This document shows positions 48,064 through 61,648 of a stretch of 64,000 nucleotides of DNA, one piece after another (position 1 is the stretch's first letter; each line of letters starts with the position of its first letter). A program made the translations under genes and the position numbers. Where the stretch lies: NCBI GenBank assembly GCA_030390025.1, contig CM059433.1:22260001-22324000 (forward strand). The letters run 5' to 3'. The notes under the pieces were generated by a model. The model was given only the letters and a program-made list of their open reading frames with translations, had not been told where the DNA came from and searched no databases. The stretch is from Squalus acanthias (taxonomy: Eukaryota).

Positions 48064-48539
48064 AATGTTTCAAAATGTAGGGGTTGAAAATTTTTAGTGG
48101 GAAAAATTCAGTTGATTAGCGCCTCCAGGGTGCTAATGCAGTGACGCACGGCAAATCTGGACCTCCCGTTGTGCCGCGGGTATGAGGTACCGCCGGGGAC
48201 TTCAACGCCAGGCAGATCATGACGTCACAATGCTCACTGGGCACACGATCGGCAAAATTGATTTTCGGCACCTATCTTAGCGCCTCGACCAGACAGGGAC
48301 AGGGAGAGGAGGCGTCAAGCAGGCGGAAGCCGGCTCCAGGGAGGTTACTTAAAGGGATCATGAGTAATGGGTCGCAGCTGTCACGTTACAGGAGTTTCAG
48401 TGCTTTCTTGTCACTTTGACAATGTGCAACAGTTTCATTCAGTAATTTGAAGGTTATTTTGTATAAGGAGTGTTGTGGAAACTAAAAAGAAGGTACATTT
48501 ATTCTTAAAAAATTCAAACCTCCACACTTGGTTACATTA

Positions 48540-49721
48540 ATGGGGGCTGTACTGACAGTCGACCTCGCCCTCTAGGATCTACGGTAGAGGGAGCGGAGGC
48601 AGCGAGAAAGATTGGAACATGTGGCCAGAGGGAGGAGGAGGGCCATCAGGGCTCTCAACAGGAGACCTTACCCTCCGAGGGTATTCCGAGAGCACTTCTC
48701 CTACTTCTAATTAAGCGAGGAGCAGTGTATTAGAAGGCTTCGCTTCACCAAGGAGGTGGTCACAAAACTCTGCCACCTCCTGCAACCAGACCTCAAGCCT
48801 CAGATCAGGGTGACCATGGCTCTCTCAGTGGCAGTCAAGGTCACCGTCACCCTCAATTTCTTCACCAGTGGATACTTCCAGTCTGCAACAGGAGACATAG
48901 CTAACTTTTTGCAGTTCGCCATCCATCGCTGCATCCAGGAGGTCACAGAAGCTCTCTACAATAGGAGAAGGGACTACATTTCCTTCCCCATCACCAGAGA
49001 GAAGCAGGATGAGCGTGTATGTGGCTTTGCCAGGATAGTGGGATTTCCCATAGTGCAGGGCGCCATTGACTGCACCCACGTGGCTTTGCGGGCACCGCAT
49101 AACAATCCTGAGATCTTCCGTAACCGCAAAGGCTACCGCTCACTTAATGTGCAGTTGGTGTGTGGCCATAGACAGTGAATCCTCAATGTGAATGCCCGCT
49201 ATCCTGATGGCAGCCACGATGCCTTCATCCTGTGCCAGACCAGTGTGCCAGTGCTTTTCCAGGCACCATGTGAAGCTTGCGGCTGGCTGGTCGGAGACAA
49301 GGGGTATCCGCTCTCCACCTGGCTTATGACTCCCCTCCGCAACCCGAAAACTCCTGCCCAGCACTCATATAATGAGAGCCATGCTGCGATCAGGAAAATC
49401 ATGGAGCAGTCCATCGGGGTGCTCAAGCAATGGTTCCACTGCCTTGATCGCTCAGGAGGAGCTCTCCAGTACTGGGCTGAGTGGGTGTCCCATTTCGTGG
49501 TGGTCTGCTGCATGCTCCACAACTTGGCCATCATGAAGGCCCAGCCCTTGCCACCAGGGATTGCGGGACGACCTCAGGAGGAGGAAGAGGGAGAGGAGGA
49601 GGAGGATGAGGAGGAAGAGGAAGACGAGGAGGAGGTACAGGAGCGAGGGAGGAGGCCGCTACTCAATCAGCCTTCTGGAAGGGCAGTCCATGATTGCCTC
49701 ATCAGACTGCGGTTCCAATAA
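48540..49721 (+). pseudogene. Harbinger DDE transposase, one frame with four in-frame stops
   Basis: MGAVLTV..., GAIDCTH, LVGDKGY and MEQSIGVLKQ. Stops TAG, TAG and TAA lie upstream of 48756, and TGA at 49176. Confidence 0.92.
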
Positions 49722-49886
49722 ATTAAATCCCAGATCCCCATTGCTCACTACATCCCCATCATTCCATCCCTGTCACAGGCCATATCACAGTGCAAAGCTG
49801 AAATGAGAGACACCACAAAAGACTCCAAACTGAATTAATACATTTATCAATAATCAGCGAAGACATATTTACAACAACAATATGGA

Positions 49887-51753
49887 TTATTCACCCTTGT
49901 GCAATCCCTTAGTGCCTCTCGTTACTGTGCCTTTGCCTACTCTAGTGCTCCTATGAAGTGTTGGCCCAGTGGCTGCAGCAGGGCTGGTGGAAGGCTGCTG
50001 AGTGTCTGCGGGAGACTTCAGATGGCCTTGCAGGTTACCCTCAACCAGCTGCGGGCCTGGAAGGCCCGGCTGTACACTGCACCACCTCAGCATGGGCGGC
50101 GGCAGTCTGGTCTGGCTGGATAACAGGCAGCAGGAAGAACAATGGCGGAGTGCCAGTGGTGGGAGCAGGAATGCTGTCATCCTGAGAGAGGACAGCAGCT
50201 TCCTGCTCCACTGACCCACTGCCACTCCCCCGGGGCAACACCTCAGCATCCCTAGCAATTTGTTGCAGCACAGATTGCTGGCCTGCTGCGACACCGTGAA
50301 GGCCCTGGTTGACAGTGGTAGACCCAGCTACGATGGCAGCAGTGAGAGCTTGCGTGGCATCAAGCTGAGACTGCATGAGAGCTGTCTGAGATTAGATGCC
50401 ACCAAGCATAGACTGTATTATAGCACTAAGACGTTGCGTTGCTTCCACCTGTGCTGCAATAGAAGCTGCCAGATCGCCCGTCACACGTGGCATCAGGTCT
50501 GGGTCGCCACGGTCTCTCTGGGAGACTACCATCCTTTGCAGACTGGAAATGATGGGCTCCATGGTGTGCGCAGAGCTTTGTGCAATGTTGGAGGTGGGCT
50601 CCCCCACGCTCATTATCGTTGCTGAGAAGCTCTCGGGCAACCTTGCCATTGCACCTTATCATCTCTGTGTGCATGCCCATCACCCTTCTTCTAAACTCCT
50701 CCCCATCGAGGTGCTCATCTGAGTTCTTTGCAGCAGAACTCGCACATGAACTTGCCCTCTGGGAAGCTGGCCCCCAAGCTACCCTTTCCCCTTGGCCTTG
50801 CTGCAGCCCACTCATCCCCGGTGCCTCACCCTGTGCAGATCCCGCTACTATACCAGCCTCTAAAGAATGCGTAGTGCCAGTATCTGAGCTGGTGCCTACG
50901 GGTGAGACAAGCAGTGACGCGGTGTCATCTTCTTCCTCCTCTTCTTCAAGCTCGCTCTCAACGGTGCCCTCAGGGACAGGCTGCTCAGGGGCTTGCTGAT
51001 TATCTGAAAGCATAAAGGCACAAGATTCGGGTTAAGGTGAGGGGAGGGGTGCAGGAAGGGAGAAATGCATGCATACAGCACAATTAGCTGGAAAGTGCAA
51101 AACGCTTGTGGGGTGAGGGGGAAGTGGGATGTGAGAAGAAGCAGTAGGGATGATCATACCATTGTTGTCCCATGGGATCAACGTCACCGGTGGCCACGGC
51201 GCCCACCACCTGGCGCCCAATAATCTGCAGCACTCTTTCCTCCAGCTCAGAAAGTGATTGAGTGTCGGCTTATCCCCCGCCTGTGCACTCCTGCTCCCGC
51301 CTGTTGTGCGCCACCTTGGCCTGCAAGAGAAAGGAAAGTGTGTGAGTGAGTGTGGAGCAATGTGTTTGGGTGATGTGCCTGCCATAGTTGAATAGCTGTG
51401 ATTGTGGAGATTGTTTGGTGGGTGAGTGCTGGGGGTGTGGTGCTTTGGGTAGTGTGTGAAGACTGTGGTTCAGATGGTGGTATGTATCATTTGTTGAAGC
51501 ATTCATTCACCCTGACCACCTGAGTGAGGTCATTAAATTTCTTCCTGCACTGTGTGTGGGTCCTGGGGACCACAGTACTGCCCAAGACGTGCTGGGCTAC
51601 CTCCCTCCACATGGTGCGGAGGACTTGTGGCGAGGGCCTCCTACCACTTGTCGGGTAGAACACCGCCCTCCGTCTCTCCACAGCGAACTTCAAAGCCTCT
51701 AATGCTTGATCGCAGAATCTGCGGGCTCTCTCCCTGGGGTGTGAATCTGCCAT
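49887..51753 (-). pseudogene. Harbinger Myb/SANT protein, exons 51753-51511, 51320-~51160, 51003-49887, disrupted
   Basis: RFCDQALEAL..WREVAQ..RTHTQCRKKFNDL; AKVAHNRREQECTGGG*; C-terminal AVLSQDDSIPA/AAAHAEVVQ shared with copies 1 and 2. Confidence 0.87.
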
Positions 51754-52782
51754 CAGTACAGCTGCTTGAGTCATCCGACTCCTTCTACTTGACCTGCTGC
51801 TGCTTGTTGAGGCAGCTGCACAGCCAGCAATGCTGAGATTGAGGTTCTGCAGCATCAATGACCCTCCCCTTTAAGAACTGGAAAAAGCCTGTGGCAATGA
51901 TGACTAGTGATTAGACTGCACCTGATATTGGTTCACCCTTTGCGTGTAACACCAATGAGTTTGGGCTTTATGGCTTGAATTAGCGCCCCAATCATTTCTT
52001 TGAGCAGTGAGACTTAATTTTGCGTGCAGTCTAAAGCATTAGCGCATGGCGCTAATTTCACAGCTTTTCTAATTTTACCACCCATTCGTGGGCTATAATG
52101 AATTTCTAGCCCTTGGACCTCTTGTTGTAACTCCCGAGTTTCCTGTGGCTTTTAGTTGGGGCAGACCTTTGCCTGCCACTATTAACATGGAGCGGGTGCC
52201 GCCAGGGTTGGGGAATCCCAGTGTTAGATGTTCCTGGTTCCCTGGCCTAGCAGAGGTTGGGACAAGATGCGTGTCCAGTATGCCCAGTGAGAAGAAGCAC
52301 ACCAGCCTGTCAGTTGGCAGATGTGGCCCCCACCTGGTCTGGATCATGTCCTAGATCCCTGAAGAAGAACGGTAATTTTTTGGTTTTAATTGATTTTAAT
52401 GCGGCCCCTTAGAGTCACTTGAACGTTTTCTCCAGTGGGTTGATACCCTCACCCTGCGACTGAGAGAAGACAGCCTATTATTTGGAGAAAGCAAGCGGCT
52501 GAGATGTGGCCTAGTAACATGGGTTCCCACTGGGGGCATTTAAATTAGGTTGTGCAGGAGGAGCGGAGGGGCCTCGAATGTTCTTCGGGCCCCAAGAATT
52601 CTTAATAGGGCTCTGGCTACATACACATTACCAGATAATGTGCAACATTTACTAATTCAGTTTGTGCACAGCACGAGGGTTGATCTTTGCAAGAACTGAT
52701 GATTTTTGGTAATGCATTCAACAATCAAAAATTTAGAGGTTGCAATGACATTGCCGTGACTGAATCGAAATGAGAACGGTCA

Positions 52783-52933
52783 GGGCCTAATTTCGTAGTA
52801 CATACTGCCAGCAGAGAACTTCACCCATACTGGGAAATGGCAGACATGCTGCCTGCAATTTTCCATCGATTGAAATCCGCGGTGCCGGGAGATGAGGATC
52901 TCCATTGACAGCACATACTGAGAAAATTGGCCC
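52783..52933. mobile_element. Small old palindromic MITE
   Basis: GGGCCTAATTT..AGTACATACTG / CAGCACATACT..AAATTGGCCC; no clear TSD. Confidence 0.45.
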
Positions 52934-53221
52934 TGTTGTCTCTGCTTAACTCCGCTAACATTTTTATTTATTTTTCTTGAAATGTTTGAATGGATTTTCT
53001 GCTCCAGGTGAAGCAGGCCAATGCTGGAGAATGGAACCTAAATTTTCCATTCTTGTGCCCTGCCAACTCAGTTACAACATTATTCAGATGCTGATTTTAC
53101 TCTGTCTCACCAATCCACCTTAATTCTTATCTCAGAGGAGTATTTTCTGTTGCACCTGTATATCATTTTAGTTTCCCGTGACAGCCATTCAAGTGTAGCC
53201 TTTGGATGAGATAGCTAATGT

Positions 53222-53550
53222 ACAACAACAAATTGCATTTATATAGCACCTTTCATGTAGTAAAACGTACCTCGGTGCTTCACAGGAGCGTAATCAGACA
53301 AATATTGACACCAAGTCAAAGAATATTAGGATGGGCAACAACAGCTTGGTCGAAAAGGTAGGTTTTAAGGAGGAGAGGAGGGAATTCCAGAGCTTAGGGC
53401 CTCGATAAGGAAAGGCACGTCCATCAATAGTGAGGCGATGGAAGTGGGCGATGCACAAGAGGCCAGAGTTGGTGTTCTCGGAGAATTGTAGGGCTGGAGG
53501 AGGCTACAGAGATCGGGACAGGCGAGGTCATAGAGGGATTTGAATGCCTA
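53222..53550 (-). mobile_element. L2-type LINE 3' end
   Basis: CAACAACAAATTGCATTTATATAGCACCTTT..GTGCTTCACAGG..GGGAATTCCAGAGCTTAGGGCC is the typical reverse complement of an L2/SINE 3' end. Confidence 0.65.
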
Positions 53551-55724
53551 GTGTATGCTGAATTGTGGGTACGCTCCAACTGGGAATCCTCAATACTAGA
53601 TTGTAACCCATTAGACTGATCTTGCTTCCTTACAGGTGGAAGAGAGAAATTTTCTTTTCATCATTTTGAAGTGGATTCAGCCCATATCGCAGAGGCGAAT
53701 GGCCAGTGTTCAGATCCACTGTGCCTCCCAGTCCCTAGCTACTGATCAAGGATTCTTTTACTTGTGCACCTGCTGTCATGAGCAGGTCTAAAGATTTCAA
53801 GTTTTTGATGGGTTGTCAGTAATAGATGCAAATCATGATCAGAAAGAAGGTTTAAATCCAAAAGGTATAAAGGTCTAGAGTCCCACCAAGCCTTACTGCG
53901 AACAGCCTGTGTACTACTTGAAAAGTTTGGGGCTGGGAACAAGCTGAACTCACATCCCCACAGCAACATCAAGCAGATTGGAAAAGTATGTTTTATCATT
54001 AATATGCAAGCTCTTGCTTAAGAAGTTCCAGGACAAATACCAGGAGAATGTGATAATGTATTCCAAATACTAAGCTAACTGTTTCATGTTGGGCGATGTG
54101 AAGAAGGAGGTTAAATATGCTGGCAAAGAATGAGGCCATTTGCAAAAGTCATGTTTGGACATTCTTAGATCAGACTCAGCAATCACCTATCCTTTGGCCC
54201 TCTTGGGTGTACAATTCATGGCTGAGCGCACAAAGGTGAACTGAACTTGAGCAGCATTGTTTCCAATATCACATTTTGCTTGTAAAGTGCATAAAATATT
54301 GCAAATAATGAAAATTGACATTTACCACCGAAAAGGTCAAATAATTAAGAATATTCAGCTACAGCTTCTCCTGATTCCATGTGATTTTTAAAACTTATTA
54401 CCTGCATCGTGACATTTGTGCACCACAAAAATTAATATGTTGGAAGTTTGCAGATGGGACTACAGAATGTCTAATGAAAAGCAAAGGACTCTGTAAGCTG
54501 GTTCTTTCCGCTTACCTAATTGGCATTGGCTGCAAAATGGTAATGTCCTTTCGGTGACCTACACGTTTATGCTCTCCAATCCCTGTGGTCCCTCAGAAGT
54601 GACACACAGTAGTCATGAGATCCATGATAAGATGACTATTAGGCAGGTGCCTCTGACACGGAAAAGGCTTTCAGTGTTTTGAAAGAAATTGCCTCACATA
54701 GGCCCTGTTACAAGTTTAGAGTCTTGCCTTAGATAATCTCTTGAGTACAGTGGCATTAGTCATACCCATAAATGGTCTGATATCTTCAGTTTTGGGATAT
54801 GCCTATACTGCCCAATATCTAACTATACAATGGTGTAAACCAGGGGCTTTCGCACGTGTGCTTTTTCAATCCCTGTGAAGGTGGACCAAAGCAACCACTT
54901 GATGAGACTAGGCCAGATATGAGTCATTAGACTGCTTTATTTTACAGCGAGTGAACATACAGAACAACAGTAATGATCAGATTCATTTATGCAACTTGTT
55001 TTAATGAAATAATAAAAATAATGAGTAAGATATGCTTCCCCACATCAGTGGATTGTCTTGCTTCACTTTATCAGAATAACTCCCAGCTACTTTTTCATAC
55101 TTCTTCCAGCCTTTTCTAGGCCTGACTGCCTTGCCGGTTTCTGTTCCAAAAACCTGACTGATTGCCCTTGTCTCTGTGTTTTATCATCCTCTGTTCACAG
55201 CCAGGAAGATATCAGTCATTTTCTAACACAGTGGTTGTACTTTTGACCCTTGGCAGTGGCAGAAAGCTGTCGGTAGTGGACCAGCCGCTAGTTATACAAC
55301 CGGCCCGGTTTTCCTTTTCATTGACTTCAATGTTGATCTGCAACCGCCAATTTTCTGCCATCGCTGAAAGTGAAAATTGGCTCCAGTTGGTGTGAGGTGA
55401 TTATCGAATGCTGAGACAGACTAACAAATTACTTCTTATTTACAGTCTATGAGGAAATATCAAAGCTAGCTCATTATCAGAGCCTTTTTTTTTACTTGCG
55501 TCAATGCACCATGCTTTAAAAAACAGCTTTTAAAAAATAACTCTTCTTATTAAATGCTTTCTGTGGAAAATGGTAAAAAAAAAAAATCCTTAAACATGAC
55601 AGGGCCATTGTGACAACCAACTGAGCAAGTGAAGAAATTAAGAAAGGCTTTGATGCTCAAACCCATCTTGATCAACACCGTCAAGAACACAGAGCACTCT
55701 TTCAGTGGGTCAAGTACTTTGCGT

Positions 55725-56420
55725 CAGGCTGTTTCCAGCGGGGTTCCGCAGGGCTCAGTACTAGGTCCCTTGCTTTTTGTGGTATATATCAATGATTTAG
55801 ACTTCAATGTAGGGAGCATGATTAAGAAGTTTGCAGATGATACAAAAATTGGCCGTGTGGTTGATAGTGAGGAAGAAAGCTGTAGACCGCAGGAAGATAT
55901 CAGTGGACTGGACAGTTGGGCAAAAAAGTGGCAAACGGAATTCAATCCAGAGAAGTGTGAGGTAATGCATTTGGGGAGGGCTAACAAGGCAAGGGAATAC
56001 ACAGTAAATGGTAGGATACTGAGAAGTGTAGAGGAAGAGAGGGACCTTGGAGTCCCTGAAGGTAGCAGGACAGGTAGATAAGGTGGTTAAGAAGGCATAA
56101 GAACATAAGAACATAAGAAATAGGAGCAGGAGTAGGCCAATCGGCCCCTCGAGCCTGCTCCGCCATTCAATAAGATCATGGCTGATCTGATCCTAACCGC
56201 CAATCTACTATCTACTATCACAGAACCATCTCCTGCATCTAACAGAATTGCACACACGAAATAGGAGCAGAATCAGGCTACACGGTCCCTGGGCCCGCTC
56301 CACTACCCACAGGGCCATGACCGATCCGAACCTAGACTCATGTCCAAATTCCTGCCCGCTCCCCGTAACCCTTAATGCATACGGGATACTTTCCTTTAGG
56401 GAGGCAAGAGAACCTTGATC
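55725..56420. mobile_element. CR1 RT fragment (+, 55725-56098) followed by two CR1 3' tails (-, ~56097-56200 and ~56255-56422)
   Basis: GVPQGSVLGPLLF and KFADDTK; (AAGAACAT)n tail. Confidence 0.85.
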
Positions 56421-57228
56421 TGATAGCACAGCTGTAATAGTTTCTAAGAGATCTCTGCAAATATTGAATCAATTGTTTTGTAACTGTTTCCTGGAAATTA
56501 ACTAACTGGTAACTACTACATTCCTTCAATAAATAATACCACAACTGAATGAAGAAATGTACAAATTCCACTCTCTGGCCTAGATTTTCTTCCAGGAATC
56601 GGCTCATCTTTGGAGTGTAAATTAGAGGAAAATGTAATGGGAGATCTACCAGGCATTTCTCAGGTGCAACAAAGAGAAAAGTCTACCTTACGATGTTTTC
56701 AGGCTTGAATATCTATAGCATATTACCGGCATGTAGTATATAGCAGTGTAGTCACATTTGGACAATATTAACCTCAGTTTGCAACTTCTGACGTGGATTT
56801 AATATGCAGAAAGGAACGAATGGTGGTCAAGCAGGCTGAGTGACTTGCGGTAGAGTTTCCATTGTCAGCCTAATTAGCACAATTTTGGCAGGCTCGCAGT
56901 GGATTCCCATCTATGCCAGGGAGCCTGCCCGGTGAGGGGAGGACAACGGCTGCTCACAGGATTTATTTGCCTGTAACAGTGGAGGGGATCGGGGTGCATC
57001 TGGGGCAGCTGAAGAGGAGGGTTGGTGTGTGAAAATTGTCAAAGATTGCAAGGTGTGGGAGTACAATTGATCAGCCTGCAACTGATTGTAATCGTGTAGG
57101 GGGATTTTAAATTTTAAATGCCCCCCCCCCCGGCCACACACCATCGCAAGACTGAATGCCAGGAACATTTTATTGTTCTTGGCATCCAGCGTTCTTGTGC
57201 CAGAACGACAGAAAAGTTAAGACACAAT

Positions 57229-58122
57229 GGGGGAAAAATTCAGTCGCGCCCCGTTTGGGGCGCAAATATCGTCCGGGAGCAAAAATTAGCGCCTGGCGCT
57301 AATTATCGCCACTGACTGGAAACTTCACTTTTAACGCCCCGGGAGGTGATTGGAGCGCTAAATCAGGCGTTTCACACCTGTCTTAAGGCGCAAAGGCCGA
57401 GGAGCGAGGCGCTACCTCAGAGCGTTGGCGAAGTTCATGTGATGTCAGTCAGCAATGGAACACACACACAATGGCACGGGCCAGTTCTTAAAGGGGATGG
57501 TTAATCTTGCTTTCCATCCACATCCTGCTCATTGCAACCTTGAATCTCGGCCTGGAGAGACCTGCACATCAAATGTGCTGGAAAGAACAATGGAGAGTAC
57601 CAGGCAAAGAGCTCAGAGTGATGCCCCCACAGTCTCTGCTAAATCGATACTTGGAATGGCAAATCAAAATGAACCTGCAAAGTGCTGCTCAGTACCCAAA
57701 ACTCCTTCACACAACGTTGAATCTCTCCAGAAGTCTCTCCCTCTCTCTCTCAGAATGCGTAGTTCAAAAATGGCACAAACAATAAAAGGCAGGCAGCGGT
57801 CACCTTTAAATAGCGCTCTCTCTTTCCCTACATGACTGCAGAACGCTCCCCTCAACCTGTCGTTGCTAGCGTCAGGCGGTAAGGCAGGGGGCGCCACTCA
57901 ATATCTGCTACGGGGCGATACCGGGGCGTTGCACACTCGAGTGACGTCACGATCTGCCGGCGCAGCAGATCGTGGCGGTAGTGTTTAGCGCTGCCGCAAA
58001 ATGTCTAGTTAATTTCGCGAGCGGCGCAAACATCGCTGCGCCCGGGCGCTAGCTGCTTTGCGCCCCATTAGCGCCCTCTTACGGCGCTAACGGGAGGCAC
58101 AACCAACTGAATTTTTCCCCCC
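57229..58122 (+). mobile_element. Family A MITE
   Basis: TIR GGGGGAAAAATTCAGT, AAT TSD, colinear with the reverse complement of 31153-32045. Confidence 0.92.
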
Positions 58123-58264
58123 AATATCACTCTGTCATTGCCACCCAATTTGAATATACTCTTCCATATTTGGGCAGCTGTATTCAATGCTCATCCTCCC
58201 AGTGGCGGAAAATCTCAGCAGTGAGGGCAACTGGTGGAATAGCTCCTCACCCAATTAGAATTTG

Positions 58265-58927
58265 TCACACACAAATCTTTGAAGGTGGCAGGACAAGTTG
58301 AGAAAGCTGTTAAAAAGCATACGGGAGGGATCCTGGGCTTTATAAACAGAGGCACAGAGTACAAAAGCAAGAAGTTATGCTAAACCTTTATACATCAATG
58401 GTTAAGCCCCAGCTGGAGTATTGTGTCCAATTCTGGGCACCACACTTTAGGAAGGATGTCAAGGTCTTGGAGAGGGTGTAAAGGAGGTTTACTAGAATAG
58501 TACCAGGGATTAGCGATTGCAGTTATTTGGAGAGACTGGAGAAGCTGGGATTGTTCTCCTCAGAGCAGAAAAGGTTAAAGGGAGATTTAATAGAGGTGAT
58601 CAAAATTATGAAAGGTTTGGATAGAATAAATAAGGAGAAACTGTTTCCACTGGCAGGTGGGTCGATAGCCAGAAGACACAGATTTAAGGTAATTGGAAAA
58701 AGAACCAGAAGAGAGATTGTGTAAAATGCACTATCTGAAAGGGTGATGGAAGCAGATTCAATAGTAACTTTCAAAAGTCAACTGGATATATATTTGAAAA
58801 ATTAAAATTTGCAGGGCTATGGGGGAAGAGCAGGGGAGTGGGACTAATTGGGTAGCTCTTTCAAAGCATCAGCACAGGTGCAATGGGCTGAATGGTCTCC
58901 TTCTTTGTTGTATGATTCTATGATGTC
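58265..58927 (+). mobile_element. CR1 3' fragment
   Basis: [12 protein letters not shown] and ERLEKLGLFSSEQKRLKGDLIEV; tail TATGATTC. Confidence 0.88.
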
Positions 58928-59069
58928 TACGAATTGGGCAGAATGGGAGCAGAATATTCCGCTTATGCTGTTTAACGACACCAGATCTTACTGTTACTGA
59001 GTTATTGTTGATTGCATATTTGTTTAAAAATTTCACTTGCTTTCTTAAACTGTTCATAGTGTTGCTGCC

Positions 59070-60500
59070 AGGCACTAACAAAGACTGCAAAAAACTTAAA
59101 GAGAACATAGACAGATTAGAAGAATGGGATGGCAGGTGGCAAATGCAGTTCTAGTGTGAGGAGATACATTGTAGGAGGAGAAGCAGTAAATGGAGTACAC
59201 ACTCAATGGAAAGGTACTAAATGAAGTAGAGGAATAGAGAGACCTAAGGGTACAGAAACATTGGGGTAAAAATTCACTTGGTTGCGCCACCCGTTAGCGC
59301 CTTAAGAGGGCGCTAATGGGGCGCAAAGCCACTAACGCCCGGGCGCAGCGATGTTTGCGCCGCTCGAGAACTTAACTTGAGATTGTGCGGCGGCGCTAAA
59401 ACTTACCGCTGCGACCACCTGCGCGCGCAGATTGTGACGTCATTCCATGGTGCAACACCCTTGGGGCGCCCCGTAGCGGAAATTGAGTGGCGCCCCCTGC
59501 CTTACCGCCTGGCGCTTCCAACGACCAGAAGACTGGAACGCTATCAATCGCTGTGGGGCTGGGGGGGGCGCTATTTAAAGGGGGCCTCTTCCTGTCTTTT
59601 ATTGTTGGTGGCATTTTTGAACTACGCATTCTGAGAGAGAGAGGGAGAGACTTCTGGAGAGATTCAACGTTGTGTGAAGGAGTTTTGGGTACTGAGCAGC
59701 ACTTTGCAGGTTCATTTTGATTTGCCATTCCTTGTATCGATTTAGCAGAGACCGTGGGAGCTGCACTCTGAGCTCTTTGCCTGGTGCTCTCCATTGTTCT
59801 TTCCAGCACATTTGATGTGCAAGTCTCTCCAGGCCGAGATTCAAGGCAGCAATGAACAGGATGTGGATGGAAAGCAAGATTAACAATCCCCTTTAAGAAC
59901 TGGCCCATGCCATTGTGTGTGTGTTCCATTGCTGACTGACATTACATGAGCTTCGCCAGCGCTCCGAGTTAGCGCCTCACTGCTCGGTCTTTGCGCCTTA
60001 AGAGAGGTGTGCAGCGCCTGCTTTAGCGCTCCACTCACCTCCCGGGGCGGTAAAAGTGAAGTTTCCCGTCAGTGCCGATAATTAGCGCCAGGCGCTAATA
60101 TTTGCGTCTGGACGATATTTGCGCCCCAAATGTGGCGCGACCTAATTTCTACCCCATTATTTCTTAAAAGTGCAGGTGCTGGTCGATAACGCCATATAAA
60201 GCACAATAGCATTTTGGATTTTATCAACAGGGGAATAAGAGTACAGGAGTAAAAGGTAACGATAACTTTGTACAAAATAATGATGGAATACTGTGTGCAG
60301 TTTTGGCACGCTGTTACTAAAAGGATGTTAAAGCCATAGTAAGTGTACAGAATAGATTAACCAGGATGATACCAGGGATGAGGGACTATAATTATGATGA
60401 GATACTGGATTTTTTTCCACCATAACTGAAAAGGCTAAGAACTGCTTTAATAAGGAGATTTATGATTATGAAGTGTTTTGATAGGGTGAATAGAGAATTA
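59070..60500 (+). mobile_element. Old CR1 RT fragment split by a family A MITE
   Basis: Degenerate ..W...WQMQF.., RDLRV and MEYCVQFW segments on either side of 59263-60155. Confidence 0.65.
59263..60155 (-). mobile_element. Family A MITE with Harbinger-1-type ends (mosaic)
   Basis: Termini GGGGTAAAAATTCACTTGG / GACCTAATTTCTACCCC are identical to the Harbinger-1 termini; ATT TSD. Confidence 0.92.
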
Positions 60501-61648
60501 ATATAGAGCCAACTGTGAGGAGAGGGATGCGTTAAATTTTCCTGGGCTTGGTCAGTTGAATGGGTCAGACGCACTCCTGGCACATACCCACCCCTTGTGT
60601 TGGGGTCGGGTGGGAGGGGTGGGGATGAAATGTAGATGCAGCCCTTGGCTGCAACTCTTCAGTCCCAAGGCACAAAGGTTGCTCTGGGGTTAAGAAGATG
60701 TAATTAGCTTGTGGCTTCCAGAAATCCTCAGATTGCCCCCGGGAATGCCACAGACCAGAGCTTCCCACACAAGCTTCATAGATAGCTTTTGTGGGGCACC
60801 CCTCCAATTGACCATCTCGTGGGTGAACAAAGTACAAAGCGTGGGGATGCGCCGGGAATGCTCCCTCCCACCTCATTAGAATCCTTACGCTGGGCCTTGC
60901 ACTTATGGTTGGCACAGACCCAGTGACATCAACCTCGGGAAACCCAGAATATCCTGGGGCAGCTTTGTAGGGGCAGAGAATGGATGCAAGGGGCCTCTGC
61001 TCCTTTTCCCCTTCGCTGTATCTGGGAACTGAGCATTCCCCAGGAAACCTGAGTCATCAGGAAGAGGAAAATCTACCTCCATTTCCTCTTGTTGGGAAGT
61101 CAGTGACGAGGCGTCATCAACATAAAGCTGTTACTAAGTAAAGTGAGGGAAGACGTGCGGAAATACATAGAAGTTACACCACAGAAACAGGCCATTTGGG
61201 CCAATCAGTTCATGTTTAGCATTCACACGAGCAAGGAGTCCTAATCATATTTACTCATCCTGTTCCCATCTCCTTTCATCCCCTTAGCCTTCATCCACCC
61301 CTCAAATCTAATCTTGAAATTTGACATTGTTTCTGTCTCAAACACTAACCCTGGAAGTGAATTCCACAGCCGAACAGCTCTCTATAAAAAAGTTGCTCTT
61401 GTTCTTGTTGTTCATCTCTTACATTTAATCTCCCATTGATGGACCCTTCATTCTAGACTCCTCAACAGCTGGAAACATTCTGCTTCGATATACCCTGTCC
61501 TAACCTTTCCTAATTTTAAACACTGCTATTAATATTGCCCCGTAATCTGCGTTGTTATAATAAAGATAAGTTTTCAAGTGTTTCTTTGTATATCCTTGTA
61601 CCAGGCAGCATCCTAGTGAGTCTGTGTTGTGCCCGCTCTAAAGCCTTA

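Larger units (their letters stand above)
48097..52112. mobile_element. Harbinger-3: older full-length Harbinger, opposite orientation
   Basis: Degenerate TIRs GTGGGAAAAATTCA / TGAATTTCTAGCCC and flanks TTA/TTG, so the ends are approximate. Convergent transposase (+) and Myb (-) pseudogenes. Confidence 0.85.

Noticed and set aside
53635..53790. Host exon after TTCCTTACAG
   Set aside because: The acceptor looks good, but the donor is weak and there is no recognisable peptide or partner exon.
57455..57897. Recurrent short ORFs in family A MITEs (MEHTHNG.., MAPPALPP..)
   Set aside because: They recur only because the copies are recent; no motif, and the longer one is not preserved in the 62651 copy.
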